DNA of 64,000 nt from Octopus bimaculoides (taxonomy: Eukaryota), in assembly GCF_001194135.2 (NCBI RefSeq), contig NC_068988.1, positions 26,354,722-26,418,721 of the forward strand. Direction: 5' to 3'. The notes under the pieces were generated by a model. It saw only the letters and a program-made list of their open reading frames with translations, ran no database searches and was not told the origin of the DNA. This document shows, one piece after another, positions 1 through 11,320 of the stretch (positions are counted from its first letter, which is position 1; every line of letters begins with the position of its first letter). The position numbers and the translations under genes are program-made.

Positions 1-15
1 ATATATACATATATA

Positions 16-168
16 CGACGGACTTCTTTCAGTTTCCGTCTACCAAATCCACTCACAAGGCTTTGGTCGACCCGAGGCTATAGTAGAAGACACTTGCCCA
101 AGGTGCCACGCAGTGGGACTGAACCCGGAACCATGTGATTGGTAGGCAAGCTACTTACCACACAGCCA
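16..168 (-). mobile_element. tRNA-derived SINE, family A (head plus CORE-like CCTTGGGCAAG segment)
   Basis: The minus strand reads TGGCTGTGTGGTAAG...GGTTCAGTCCCACTGCGTGGCACCTTGGGCAAGTG...GGAAACTGAAAGAAGTCCGTCG into (TA)n, with A/B-box-like motifs. Homologous segments occur at 18024, 35090, 9987, 43990 and 54855. Confidence 0.85.
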
Positions 169-531
169 TACACACATGTATACATACATGCATACGTATA
201 TACTCATACGTACACACATACCCGCTCATAGAAGAACACACAGATATACACGCACATACATACAAACACATATTTACACATATATATAAATACTCTTATC
301 GGAATTTTATCACCAACATGCGATCCAATTAAGCGAGAAAGCTTCTCTTTCCGCTGAAGTAGTGTAGAATAATATTTATCCAAAGCTATATCCAAACGAA
401 TTGCTACTAAACTTAGTGATTTTACATCTCCAGGAGCCATCAGTTGGCTGAAGTAGGGAGAATGACATGCTTATCGATTGATTCACTTACGTCCTCTCCA
501 AACATATTAATACATATATGTAGATGCATAA

Positions 532-594
<63 letters not shown>

Positions 595-730
595 TAGATA
601 TATATATATATATCCAACAGTAAACAACATGAAATACGAAAACAAGTGAGTTAAATAGGCAAACAACGAGAGAAAAAAATGGAAAACAGGACAAGTAACA
701 CAGAGAACTCCTCATTTCTAGCATTAAAGA

Positions 731-779
731 TACATGTGTGTATGTGTGTGTGTGTGTGTATGTGTATGTGTGTGTGTGT

Positions 780-842
<63 letters not shown>
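731..842. repeat. (TG)n microsatellite
   Basis: Direct reading. Similar (CA/TG)n and (TA)n tracts occur throughout, e.g. 531-612, 4275-4312, 23575-23662, 24298-24410, 28360-28460, 29125-29445, 32755-33000 and 56536-56618. Confidence 0.97.
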
Positions 843-844
<2 letters not shown>

Positions 845-1202
845 CAGCCATATATTTAGACACAAGTATGTGAGTGTGTGTATGTGTGTGTTTTTGTAAT
901 TTACAACAGAACCTCATTTTTCCAATCTTAGAAATGGCTCAGATTAGGTGGTGTATCACTAATCACAGATTAGTTGTTTTCACAAATAAATGATAGTGTG
1001 AAATATAATACGGTATAATATCCAGCTTTAATATTCTCATATTGGGAAAAATATACTTAAGAACAAACAACCCACACGTGCCCACGCCCACACGCAAGCA
1101 CTTACACGCACGCACAGAGATATTTTGTATCTTTCCCTCTCTTTCTCTTTCTCCTCTCTCTCTCTCACTCTCTCTTTCTCCCTCTCTCACTCAATACATA
1201 TG

Positions 1203-1242
<40 letters not shown>

Positions 1243-2221
1243 NNNNNNNNNNNNNNNNNNNNNNNNNNNNNNNNNNNNNNNNNNNNNNNNNNNNNNNNNN
1301 NNNNNNNNNNNNNNNNNNNNNNNNNNNNNNNNNNNNNNNNNNNNNNNNNNNNNNNNNNNNNNNNNNNNNNNNNNNNNNNNNNNNNNNNNNNNNNNNNNNN
1401 NNNNNNNNNNNNNNNNNNNNNNNNNNNNNNNNNNNNNNNNNNNNNNNNNNNNNNNNNNNNNNNNNNNNNNNNNNNNNNNNNNNNNNNNNNNNNNNNNNNN
1501 NNNNNNNNNNNNNNNNNNNNNNNNNNNNNNNNNNNNNNNNNNNNNNNNNNNNNNNNNNNNNNNNNNNNNNNNNNNNNNNNNNNNNNNNNNNNNNNNNNNN
1601 NNNNNNNNNNNNNNNNNNNNNNNNNNNNNNNNNNNNNNNNNNNNNNNNNNNNNNNNNNNNNNNNNNNNNNNNNNNNNNNNNNNNNNNNNNNNNNNNNNNN
1701 NNNNNNNNNNNNNNNNNNNNNNNNNNNNNNNNNNNNNNNNNNNNNNNNNNNNNNNNNNNNNNNNNNNNNNNNNNNNNNNNNNNNNNNNNNNNNNNNNNNN
1801 NNNNNNNNNNNNNNNNNNNNNNNNNNNNNNNNNNNNNNNNNNNNNNNNNNNNNNNNNNNNNNNNNNNNNNNNNNNNNNNNNNNNNNNNNNNNNNNNNNNN
1901 NNNNNNNNNNNNNNNNNNNNNNNNNNNNNNNNNNNNNNNNNNNNNNNNNNNNNNNNNNNNNNNNNNNNNNNNNNNNNNNNNNNNNNNNNNNNNNNNNNNN
2001 NNNNNNNNNNNNNNNNNNNNNNNNNNNNNNNNNNNNNNNNNNNNNNNNNNNNNNNNNNNNNNNNNNNNNNNNNNNNNNNNNNNNNNNNNNNNNNNNNNNN
2101 NNNNNNNNNNNNNNNNNNNNNNNNNNNNNNNNNNNNNNNNNNNNNNNNNNNNNNNNNNNNNNNNNNNNNNNNNNNNNNNNNNNNNNNNNNNNNNNNNNNN
2201 NNNNNNNNNNNNNNNNNNNNN
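1243..2221. other. Assembly gap (first of 17 N-runs)
   Basis: N-runs at 1243-2221, 7338-8026, 10245-10377, 11379-11651, 13403-13614, 14525-14831, 17523-17532, 18905-19328, 22695-22905, 35356-35674, 37260-37439, 39454-39745, 41297-41656, 42240-42562, 47551-47690, 49264-50031 and 58013-58731. Confidence 0.99.
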
Positions 2222-2335
2222 TATATATATATAACAAAAATATGTATAGAGGAAATCACATATAGAAGTCACCTTACGAAGGCGTCAAATGTTTCTGTTG
2301 TATTAGCGTATTCATATGTATAAAAAGAAATATAA

Positions 2336-2435
2336 TTGAAATTAATATTTCCGAAAATACATTTTGAAATGAAGTAAGTTTGGATCGCCTTGCAAACGTT
2401 GTATTAATATGTATTTTCGGAAATATTAATTTCAA
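2336..2435. repeat. 27-bp perfect inverted repeat with 46-nt spacer
   Basis: TTGAAATTAATATTTCCGAAAATACAT (2336-2362) and its exact reverse complement (2409-2435). Confidence 0.9.
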
Positions 2436-2804
2436 CGATATTTTTTTAATTTATATCTAAATATGATAATACTAAAAAAAAAAAAAAAACATATTGTCGG
2501 TCTTATAAGGTAAGTTCTACCAAGAACCATATATACATTCGCAGTAGCAGCATAAATGTAAAGGTTTTTACTGCATCCGTGTTGCACATCGTATGCACAT
2601 GCAGAATCATAAAAACAGCCATAAGAGTATATATTTACATTATCTATGCATTAGCAAAAGAAACATAACCCACAATAACAACACACCAGTGTACATGTTC
2701 GCAAAAAATCGTAAACATATACGTAATAAATAACGAAGAAATCCATAAAAAGACAATTGCTTTTAGACCCGTATATCCCAGCAAGCAATGCATATTAACT
2801 CAAA

Positions 2805-3015
2805 GGCGGCTAGCTAGCAGAAACGTTAGCACGCCAGGTGAAATGCCTAGTGGTATTTCGTCTTTACGTTCTGAGTTCAACTTCCGCCGAGGTCGACTTT
2901 GCCTTTCGTAATTTTGGAGTCGATAAATTAAGTGCCAGTTGCGTACTGCGGTGGATGTAATCGACTGGCCGCTTCTCCAAAAATTTCAGGCCTTGTGCCT
3001 AGAGTAGAAAAGAAA
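2805..3015 (+). mobile_element. SINE family C (Deu/Nin-like central domain)
   Basis: GGCGGCTAGCTAGCAGAAACGTTAGCACGCC...TTCTGAGTTCAA...GACTTTGCCTTTCG...GGAGTCGATAAATTAAGTGCCAG...GGCCTTGTGCC. The central part resembles the Deu/Nin domain as recalled, not aligned. There are many copies in the window. Confidence 0.8.
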
Positions 3016-3074
3016 AGAATACATATTCACTCAGCAAACGTCCAGGTCCACATAAATACAGTAGCAAGTGATTA

Positions 3075-3390
3075 TTGTTATCGTTAGGTCTAACTCATCG
3101 TAAAGCAAATACCAGAATGAGTAATATCCAAACTACAGTGGAGAAGGCTAGCCACTGGTTTTGGTTAGAAATAGACGATGAGCAATGGCTAGAGGAATAT
3201 AGAGCGAAATCCGTTGATATAGCAAGCGGGGACTCATTTCATGGAGGAACGCCTGCTGCAATGATGCCATCGAGAAGTAAGACCCGAAACGGCGCGCATT
3301 CTTTCTTGATGACCCTATAAACTTACTAGCATCCGGTAAGCGGAGCGTTTAACTGGTAGGACTTGCACCTGCAACTTCAGTCACATCACA
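3075..3390 (+). mobile_element. 3' fragment of a HERO-like (R2 superfamily, RLE) non-LTR retrotransposon
   Basis: The translation LGLTHRKANTRMSNIQTTVEKASHWFWLEIDDEQW matches the A/VEKASxWxWL C-terminus typical of HERO ORFs. It is followed by a GC-richer 3' UTR containing AAGACCCGAAAC. Confidence 0.6.
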
Positions 3391-3799
3391 TTCTAAATAC
3401 AGTACCTTAAGTGTACCATCCCTTAAGTGTACCATCAAACATCGTTCATAATGAATGACGGTAAAGAACAAGCTAATGTTTTCCTCTTAAATCAACTGGA
3501 ATATTTAATTTTAGACACCAATATTTTTGTTGTAGTGAGCCGTGTGTCTCATTGACTTCAAATAACTTTGTGCTTCCAGATGGTAGCAAACATGCTTAAC
3601 AAGCAACTCTAGAAGACTACAGTATACAAAAATGCGTGTTCTTTCAAAAGTAAGACAATTAATGACTTGATAAAATTTCAGTGAGAATTTCAGCAATTAA
3701 GCAAATATTTCGCTTGATATTTCTGTGTTAACACAGTCAACCTTTCACTGAAATCAAAGCGGAATAAATACACTGCAGTGTTTACTTTCTTTCTGGTAG

Positions 3800-3860
3800 T
3801 TTCTGAGCTCAAATAAGAGCAGGGTCAAATTCACCTTTCTTTCATCCGGAGTCAATACAA
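3800..3860 (+). mobile_element. Degenerate SINE family C fragment
   Basis: TTTCTGAGCTCAAAT...GGTCAAATTCACCTTTCTTCATCCGGAGTCAATA resembles the copy at 2805. Confidence 0.45.
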
Positions 3861-4274
3861 ACGATATCGATAATGTATTGGAGTTGTTCCAATTTCCCAT
3901 ACGAAACCTCTGTATTTCTGTGGTCTCCTGCCAACAGAATGAATCGAATATATTGGACGAAGTTTTGTGAAAAAGTAATCAATGGTGACATATGTATGAA
4001 TTTTATGTATGCTACAGTTAAAACGAAATGGTGTTTCATGGAGTTTTTATTTGTTTAATCTTTGTTCAATTTCATAGAGTACACTCTAAAATAATGTCGA
4101 TAATTCTGCTATCACAATCCTGTTTTTTTTATTTTTTTTTATTTTAGGTATATCATATATATATCGCACTCTCGGTTATAATATACAGCGTTTCGTAATT
4201 TCAACGAAATTTTATGTAGATTTCTAAGAGATATACCAATCACTTAGCGATTCCCTTACTAGCTGTTTTCTTGT

Positions 4275-4316
<42 letters not shown>

Positions 4317-5339
4317 GTATAATGTACATATATGTATATGTGTGTTTGCGTCTGTGTCTCCATGTGTGCGTATCTAAGAAAGGATAAGGTAATGAAATTT
4401 AATGCTGGCGACGCTATAAATACTACGACGTACTCTAGATTCACATATAAAGAAATAACTCAAGAGATAATTTAATTCTTTATAATACAGAAAATTCCGT
4501 GCACTACTGAAGTACTATTTATTTTCTGACGCTTAAAAATGAAATACAAAACAGATTTCAGATTTGAATTAACACAACAAATCATTTTGTTCGTCAATCT
4601 CGCGAACTTGTCAATTTAGCGCACTGACTGAGGTTAATATGAATTCCTATCAAGACCTGTAAGTACGGGTCGCTGAAATTTGATAAACGCTGGTTTACAG
4701 TTATGTAATAAATTTCGACTGTCATCAACAACATCGACTCAAGAACCGAATTTAGCAATGTATATAGATAGAAATAGAAATAAAAAAATGAAATAGTAGG
4801 TTCAGCATAACCTGTCTTCCTTGATTTTTTTGTTTTATATGCTTTGTGCTATTTCGGATGAATAACAAACCAACATACTTTCGTATCATTTGACAATTAA
4901 ACGCTTTTGCTTACACTACGCAGCCAAGATGTCGAAACAGTGTAGGAAATATTTATGTATGAAATCGGATATAAGACTGTCAAACACGGCTCATTTGTAT
5001 AATACTTAATGGTATACAGCGCAATAATATATACTACAGTACCAATATAAAGTGAGTGGATGATAAATAATTATACGCCGGCAAACATATTTGAATTGGT
5101 GTGCTGTGAATTAATAATCATCAATATTCGGGGGCTTTGTTAATGCTTTACTTACGCATTATACACTTGTTGATGTCATGTCCTCTATGCACTGAGAAAC
5201 CATAAGATATGTTTCTTCTAAAGAGAGAAACTTTCCAGAATAAGTACAAAATCCAAGATAGAAAGATCGTTTACGCACCACATCAATAAAGACAAAAAAT
5301 AACCACAATAAAGATAAAAATTTTCAACCGACAAAAGCC

Positions 5340-5487
5340 AATTGACATGCGAAAAGTTGAAGAGTGAGTTAATAGAACAAAAATGTTTGGAAACATGTGA
5401 TAATACTTTGAGATCAAATGAGACAGAAAACAATGAAACGGGTAACTTCAAAAAGGAAACTTCGAAATTATGTAGAAGGTTCGGTCC
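5340..5487 (+). CDS. Tentative exon (5' boundary uncertain)
   Basis: Open frame QLTCEKLKSELIEQKCLETCDNTLRSNETENNETGNFKKETSKLCRRFG ends CC|GTAAGA (phase 2). The acceptor is weak and in-frame stops lie upstream at about 5300-5316. Confidence 0.25.
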
Positions 5488-7214
5488 GTAAGAGGAAAGA
5501 AAAATGACTAAAAATAAATTCTGAAGTAACAATATAAAGCATTCTACGCGTGTGCGCATGCAGACTCACGCATACACAGGTACACACACATACACATACA
5601 CACATACACATACACATACACGCACACACATACACACATGAACACAGACATACATGCAGACACAAGCGCAAACACACGCACATACATACGCTTACACACA
5701 CAAGACACGTTTATTTGCGAATGAATAAACACGTGCTACAGGTTCCTGATCACTAACCATAGTAAAAAAAAAACATTTTAGGTGATACGACAGTCTATTG
5801 AAGGTGAGTGAACTTAATGACATTAAACAGCAGAGATCAGACAGAAAAAATGCGTCGTATAACACTTTGCACACGGACTTTGCCACATAACATTTGCCTA
5901 TATAAATATTCAAATATAAATTTGCATATTTTAACTTGCATCTCTGTACTGAATCGCTTAAGCTTGGATTTCTGTCGCAGTAAGTAACTCATGGTATGTT
6001 AACATCTTTGTAGCGTTATGCTATCATTTATGTAAATCTCTTACCATGTATTACATTACATATATAAAACTTAAACTATAATAAGTTACCATATCATGAA
6101 AGATATATTTTTATCAAAGACAAAATCTTACGCAACCAATGTGGCATGTTTCTCTAAATATAGAACAAAAATCTTAATATCCTACACGCAATAATTTGTT
6201 AAATGTAGGATGTTTTCTTATCGAAATTGGATATTCAAAACTTACTACAGATAATTCGCAATCAGGTTTATCGTGTTGGTAGGATAATGGAAACAGAAAC
6301 TTTCAGCGCTTATAAAATGATGATTTCTGTGTGAGGAAAGCATTTGTTTCTGTCGAGGGCTTACATGCCTCGTTATTAGACTATTTTCCTTAACCATTGC
6401 ACGGTGATCGCCATTAGCTTTAAGCTTATATAAAAATACCACTATTATTATTTACAAAAATATGATATATCACATACCCACGAATGTAAATGGATAAATG
6501 AGAGCCAGTAAGGAAAATATATCGTGGATACATATATATATACTTACAAGACAGTGCGTTACTAAAGTTTGTGTATATTCAATATGATGGCTTTTACAGT
6601 TTGATATGCTTTCTTGTACAGAAATTATGCAAGACATACACACATATGAACCGAAAAAGGAAGTCGTATTTTAAGTGTTATATAATACACGCACCGATTT
6701 TTTTATTGTTATATGATATACGTACCAAGTGTAACTGTTAAATAATATATGCACCGGTTTGTTACGTAATAATCTTTAGTTTTCTTCGGAATTTTCGTGA
6801 CAATCAGAAATTGATACTTAGAGAGAGTACCCAAGTACCCATGGAATTGTAATAATCACCCTCATAACATTGTAGTGAACGAAGAAGCCTTGTAATTACG
6901 GCTGTATGCATGTTATATTTCCCTCAGTAAACGCCCAATAGATTGATCAGCAGACACGTAAAAGCCACGACGGAGTTCATTTCATTTAATAATATTCGGA
7001 ATCTATATAGGTAGTAGTCTGGTTCCGTCTACTTCGTTTTAGTCAATAGACATTTACAAAGGGATATTATGCCTTTGGTGCTTCATACAGAATATAAAAT
7101 CTTTTGAACACACTCGTAAATTTCAGTTAATTAAAGAAATACATTTTCCTTTGAAAATATAACCGAATTGTTAAATTTGGAAAATACTGAATAACTAGTT
7201 TAATACTTTCAAAG

Positions 7215-7261
7215 AGGATTGAAGAAAATTTTGCCAACAGAACAGAAAATTCAAAAGTCTT
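7215..7261 (+). CDS. Tentative 47-nt exon (phase 2 to 1)
   Basis: TTTCAAAG|AGGATTG...AAGTCTT|GTATGT, encoding GLKKILPTEQKIQKS. The donor overlaps a microsatellite, so it may be chance. Confidence 0.25.
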
Positions 7262-7262
7262 G

Positions 7263-7303
<41 letters not shown>

Positions 7304-8114
7304 TAGTTTTAGGGAAAAGAACCAAGTTTATATATATNNNNNNNNNNNNNNNNNNNNNNNNNNNNNNNNNNNNNNNNNNNNNNNNNNNNNNNNNNNNNNN
7401 NNNNNNNNNNNNNNNNNNNNNNNNNNNNNNNNNNNNNNNNNNNNNNNNNNNNNNNNNNNNNNNNNNNNNNNNNNNNNNNNNNNNNNNNNNNNNNNNNNNN
7501 NNNNNNNNNNNNNNNNNNNNNNNNNNNNNNNNNNNNNNNNNNNNNNNNNNNNNNNNNNNNNNNNNNNNNNNNNNNNNNNNNNNNNNNNNNNNNNNNNNNN
7601 NNNNNNNNNNNNNNNNNNNNNNNNNNNNNNNNNNNNNNNNNNNNNNNNNNNNNNNNNNNNNNNNNNNNNNNNNNNNNNNNNNNNNNNNNNNNNNNNNNNN
7701 NNNNNNNNNNNNNNNNNNNNNNNNNNNNNNNNNNNNNNNNNNNNNNNNNNNNNNNNNNNNNNNNNNNNNNNNNNNNNNNNNNNNNNNNNNNNNNNNNNNN
7801 NNNNNNNNNNNNNNNNNNNNNNNNNNNNNNNNNNNNNNNNNNNNNNNNNNNNNNNNNNNNNNNNNNNNNNNNNNNNNNNNNNNNNNNNNNNNNNNNNNNN
7901 NNNNNNNNNNNNNNNNNNNNNNNNNNNNNNNNNNNNNNNNNNNNNNNNNNNNNNNNNNNNNNNNNNNNNNNNNNNNNNNNNNNNNNNNNNNNNNNNNNNN
8001 NNNNNNNNNNNNNNNNNNNNNNNNNNATATATATATATATAAACAATATATGAGTATATGCATATATATGTACATGTATGTATATACCTTCATCCACATG
8101 TACATATAGATACA

Positions 8115-8380
8115 TAACTGGGTACATGACGTGGCAAAAGAACATGGACAAAATGGTAAACAAGGTGCAACAAACAAGCAGGCCACATAGAAACATCCCC
8201 TTCATCAGCTGCCACCATTAAAACCCCGGCGTTTCGAAGAATTAAGGCAGTACGCATCGTTAAAATGGTTCTTCCCACGAACACAAATTAAATTGTTTTC
8301 ACGGAAGGTAGTGGCGGACGGAAAACAAGACAGCAAAACGAAACGGTGAAATAAACAAACAAAAAGGTTGTACAGCCAGA
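8115..8380 (-). mobile_element. Unclassified interspersed-repeat-like segment carrying a hammerhead-core motif
   Basis: GC-richer, non-coding island between (TA)n and (TG)n tracts that contains the 8196-8255 motif. Repeat status is inferred, since there is only one copy in the window. Confidence 0.4.
8196..8255 (-). ncRNA. Candidate hammerhead ribozyme with reversed (pseudoknotted) strand order
   Basis: The minus strand reads GCGU-A-CUGCC-uuaauUCUUC-GAA-ACGC-(15 nt)-GGCAG-CUGAUGA-a-GGGGA. Stem III is GCGU/ACGC, stem I is CUGCC/GGCAG, and stem II is GGGGA/UCUUC with 2 GU pairs. All core nucleotides are present. Confidence 0.5.
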
Positions 8381-8662
8381 CATACATGTGTGCGTGTGTG
8401 TGTGTGTGTTGAGTTATCCGTTATTCCTCTGGTGATCTCCGTACAGGTAAGACAGAATTTGCCTATATTCACTGCCCGCACACATCTCTAATTGTAAATA
8501 TTCACTGAAGCTCTACATACCACCTACATACCTGATGCTATTTCTAGCGATGATCATATCTCGTTTACACTCCTCTGGTGCTTTAATCTTGCTGGATCTT
8601 AAAGTTATTTTTAAAATATCTATATTTTTATGTATATTTATATGTGTGTATATATTTATATA

Positions 8663-9049
8663 TGTGGAGGCGTAATGGCCCAGTGGTTACGGCAGCAGAC
8701 TCGCGGTCATAGGATCGCGGTTTCGACTCCCAGACCGGGCGTTGTGAGTGTTTATTGAGCGAAAACACCTAAAGCTCCACGAGGCTCCGGCAGGGGATGG
8801 TGGTGATCCCTGTTGTACTCTTCCACCACAACTTTCTCACACTCTTACTTCCTGTTTCTCTTGTACCTGTATTTCAAAGGGCCAGCGTTGTCACACTGTG
8901 TCACGCTGAATATCGCCGGGTACTACGTTAAGGGTACACGTGCCTGTGGAGTGCTAAGCTACTTGCACGTTAATTTCACGAGCAGGCTGTTCCATTGATC
9001 GGATCAACTGGAACCCTCGACGTCGTAAGCGACGGAGTGCCAACAACAA
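8663..9049 (+). mobile_element. tRNA-derived SINE family B, full length (about 385 bp)
   Basis: A-box TGGCCCAGTGG, B-box-like GGTTTCGACTCCC, a long conserved body and a (CAA)n tail. Close homologues occur at 22335 and 33613. Confidence 0.9.
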
Positions 9050-9144
9050 TATATATATATATATACACACACACATACACCGAGAGAGACACAGAGAGAG
9101 GAAGAGAGACAAGGGGAGTTAGAGAGATTTATTTTACTTTCTTT

Positions 9145-9345
9145 TACTTGTTTCAATCATTTAACTGTGGCCATGCTGGAGTACCGCGTTGAAAGGTTTT
9201 AGTTGAACAAGTTGACCCCGTGACTATTTTTCCAACCTATTATTTATTCTATAGGTGCCTTTCGCTGATCTGTGAAGTTACGGGGAGATAACACTCCAAA
9301 ACAGGTTCTCAAGCAGTGATGGGGAGGAGAGAAACACGGGCACAC
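9145..9345 (-). mobile_element. SINE family A 3' half
   Basis: The reverse complement contains GCGGTACTCCAGCATGGCCACAGTTAAATGATTGAAACAAGTAAA, matching the tail at 35272-35325. Confidence 0.7.
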
Positions 9346-9554
9346 AGACACACACACACTCACACACACACACACACAGACACACACACACAGGCAAACA
9401 CATAATGCACACACATACACACATATAATGCATTCTCTCATCGTGAAGGGCATATGAGGGTTCAATAAAATAAGCGGTAATAATGCTCTATGGCACGAAT
9501 GTGCCTCTTGCTGGTGCTTTGCAAATCTCTTGGCAAATTGAACAAGTTGAGGAC

Positions 9555-9975
9555 TAAGTTTGCTCCAGTACTTGCAGATCATTTACTTTGTGTTTTCTTG
9601 AGTGGACGGCAAGGCCAGCTTTGCTTCGTGCCATAAAACCACAATGGCAGGTAAGGTTTCCATTTAGAGGAGCAGCGTTTTTCCAGCGTACCTTCATACT
9701 TGCACAAAGTTGGTCCTGATGCTGGAATTGACTTTGCGCAAATCTTTGAACTGAAAAGCAAGACTACAGCTAAATCCTGCGTTCTGGTGCTTCATTTTCC
9801 AAGGAAGAAAAGGAATTGCTGCATCGCTTCAGATCGTGTCCTTTAGTTTGTCTTTGATACCCAACTGACCTTCTTGTTTGGAGTTGGCCAAAGATAAGTC
9901 GCTTCGGAAGTCTCACATCACTCACGCGTGAGAAATGATCTGGCTGTATTTTGATGTGGATGGCTTCCATAACTC
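9555..9975 (-). mobile_element. RTE-clade LINE 3' fragment (frameshifted)
   Basis: HFSRVSDVRLPKRLIFGQL matches the RTE/BovB motif GHV.RM...RLPK.. YGEL. It is followed by a terminal CHCGFMARSKAGLAVHSRKH (C-C-H-H) motif. Confidence 0.75.
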
Positions 9976-9986
9976 ATATACTTCAA

Positions 9987-10072
9987 TAGGAGTGGCTGTG
10001 CGGTGCGTAGCTTGCTTAGAAACAACATAGTTCTTGGTTCAGTCCAACTGCGTTTAACCTTGGGCTGCAATT
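9987..10072 (+). mobile_element. SINE family A head fragment
   Basis: GGAGTGGCTGTGCGGTGCGTAGCTTGCTT...GGTTCAGTCCAACTGCGTTTAACCTTGGGC. Confidence 0.7.
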
Positions 10073-11264
10073 ATTTGCACTAGTATTATATTTGAATTTA
10101 TTTGGCAGCATTTTCATTTTGTTTTTATGATGTTCCTGTTGATTAGAAGTATCTGAAGTGTCCTTTATGTCATAGCCTGTTTTGTTGCTACATATATGTA
10201 TGTATGCATATATATATATATATATATAATATATATATATATATNNNNNNNNNNNNNNNNNNNNNNNNNNNNNNNNNNNNNNNNNNNNNNNNNNNNNNNN
10301 NNNNNNNNNNNNNNNNNNNNNNNNNNNNNNNNNNNNNNNNNNNNNNNNNNNNNNNNNNNNNNNNNNNNNNNNNNNNNATATATATACATATACATATATA
10401 TATATATAGATAAACACACACACGCACACACATATATGCATATATATATATATATATATATACATATATATAAGCAGCACTTTACATGCTTCTTTACATT
10501 CGTATATATATCCTCATACAAATATACGCATACTTATATTTAATTATAATACAAAACATTTACCTGGAACTAGCAGTGAATAGCGTGAAATACAGAGATT
10601 TAATTTATGCTAATGAAAGTTCCTAAGCCCATATATGTACATGGATAGCATATCAAATTTTAAAATCTCTAAAAATTTTGTTAAAATTGAAACGCTACAT
10701 TGTACACCTATATCTCTCTAACTTCATCCATTATATAGTTCGATATGGTTATTACTACCGAACACAATGAACACCGTTTCTATATTTATCAATTAATTTT
10801 ATTGTTGTATTGTTTAGTTCTATTGTTTAATGGTACATTTTTTATCGCACATCATACCGTTACTTTATTGACGTAGTAAACTTCATTATATTCAGTGAAT
10901 GCTTTGGAAGTTTCTAATAGATAACATCCTCTCCAAGGTATTCGTTTTCTATTAGATTTTCAATCATTTTTATCTTTTGATTGAACTGATTCACTGTAAA
11001 GCTGTCTTACAGTTTCCGAACGTTATTATATATTTGAATTTATGTATCTATGCACACGCGCGCGCACGTACATACACAAACGAATATATATATGTGTGTG
11101 CGTGTATATATACATATATATATATATTTATAAATGTATATACGTATACACAAACATGTATTACAGAAATATACATATACACAATTATATATATATTTGT
11201 GCATATGCCTGTGTGTATACGTTTAATTATGCACATATGTGTGTATGTGTGTGTGAGTGCGTGA

Positions 11265-11320
<56 letters not shown>

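Noticed and set aside
8663-8740. tRNA genes at the SINE heads (also 22335, 33920-33996, 48595, 18022)
   Set aside because: A/B boxes are present but there is no complete cloverleaf or acceptor stem, and each continues into a SINE body.
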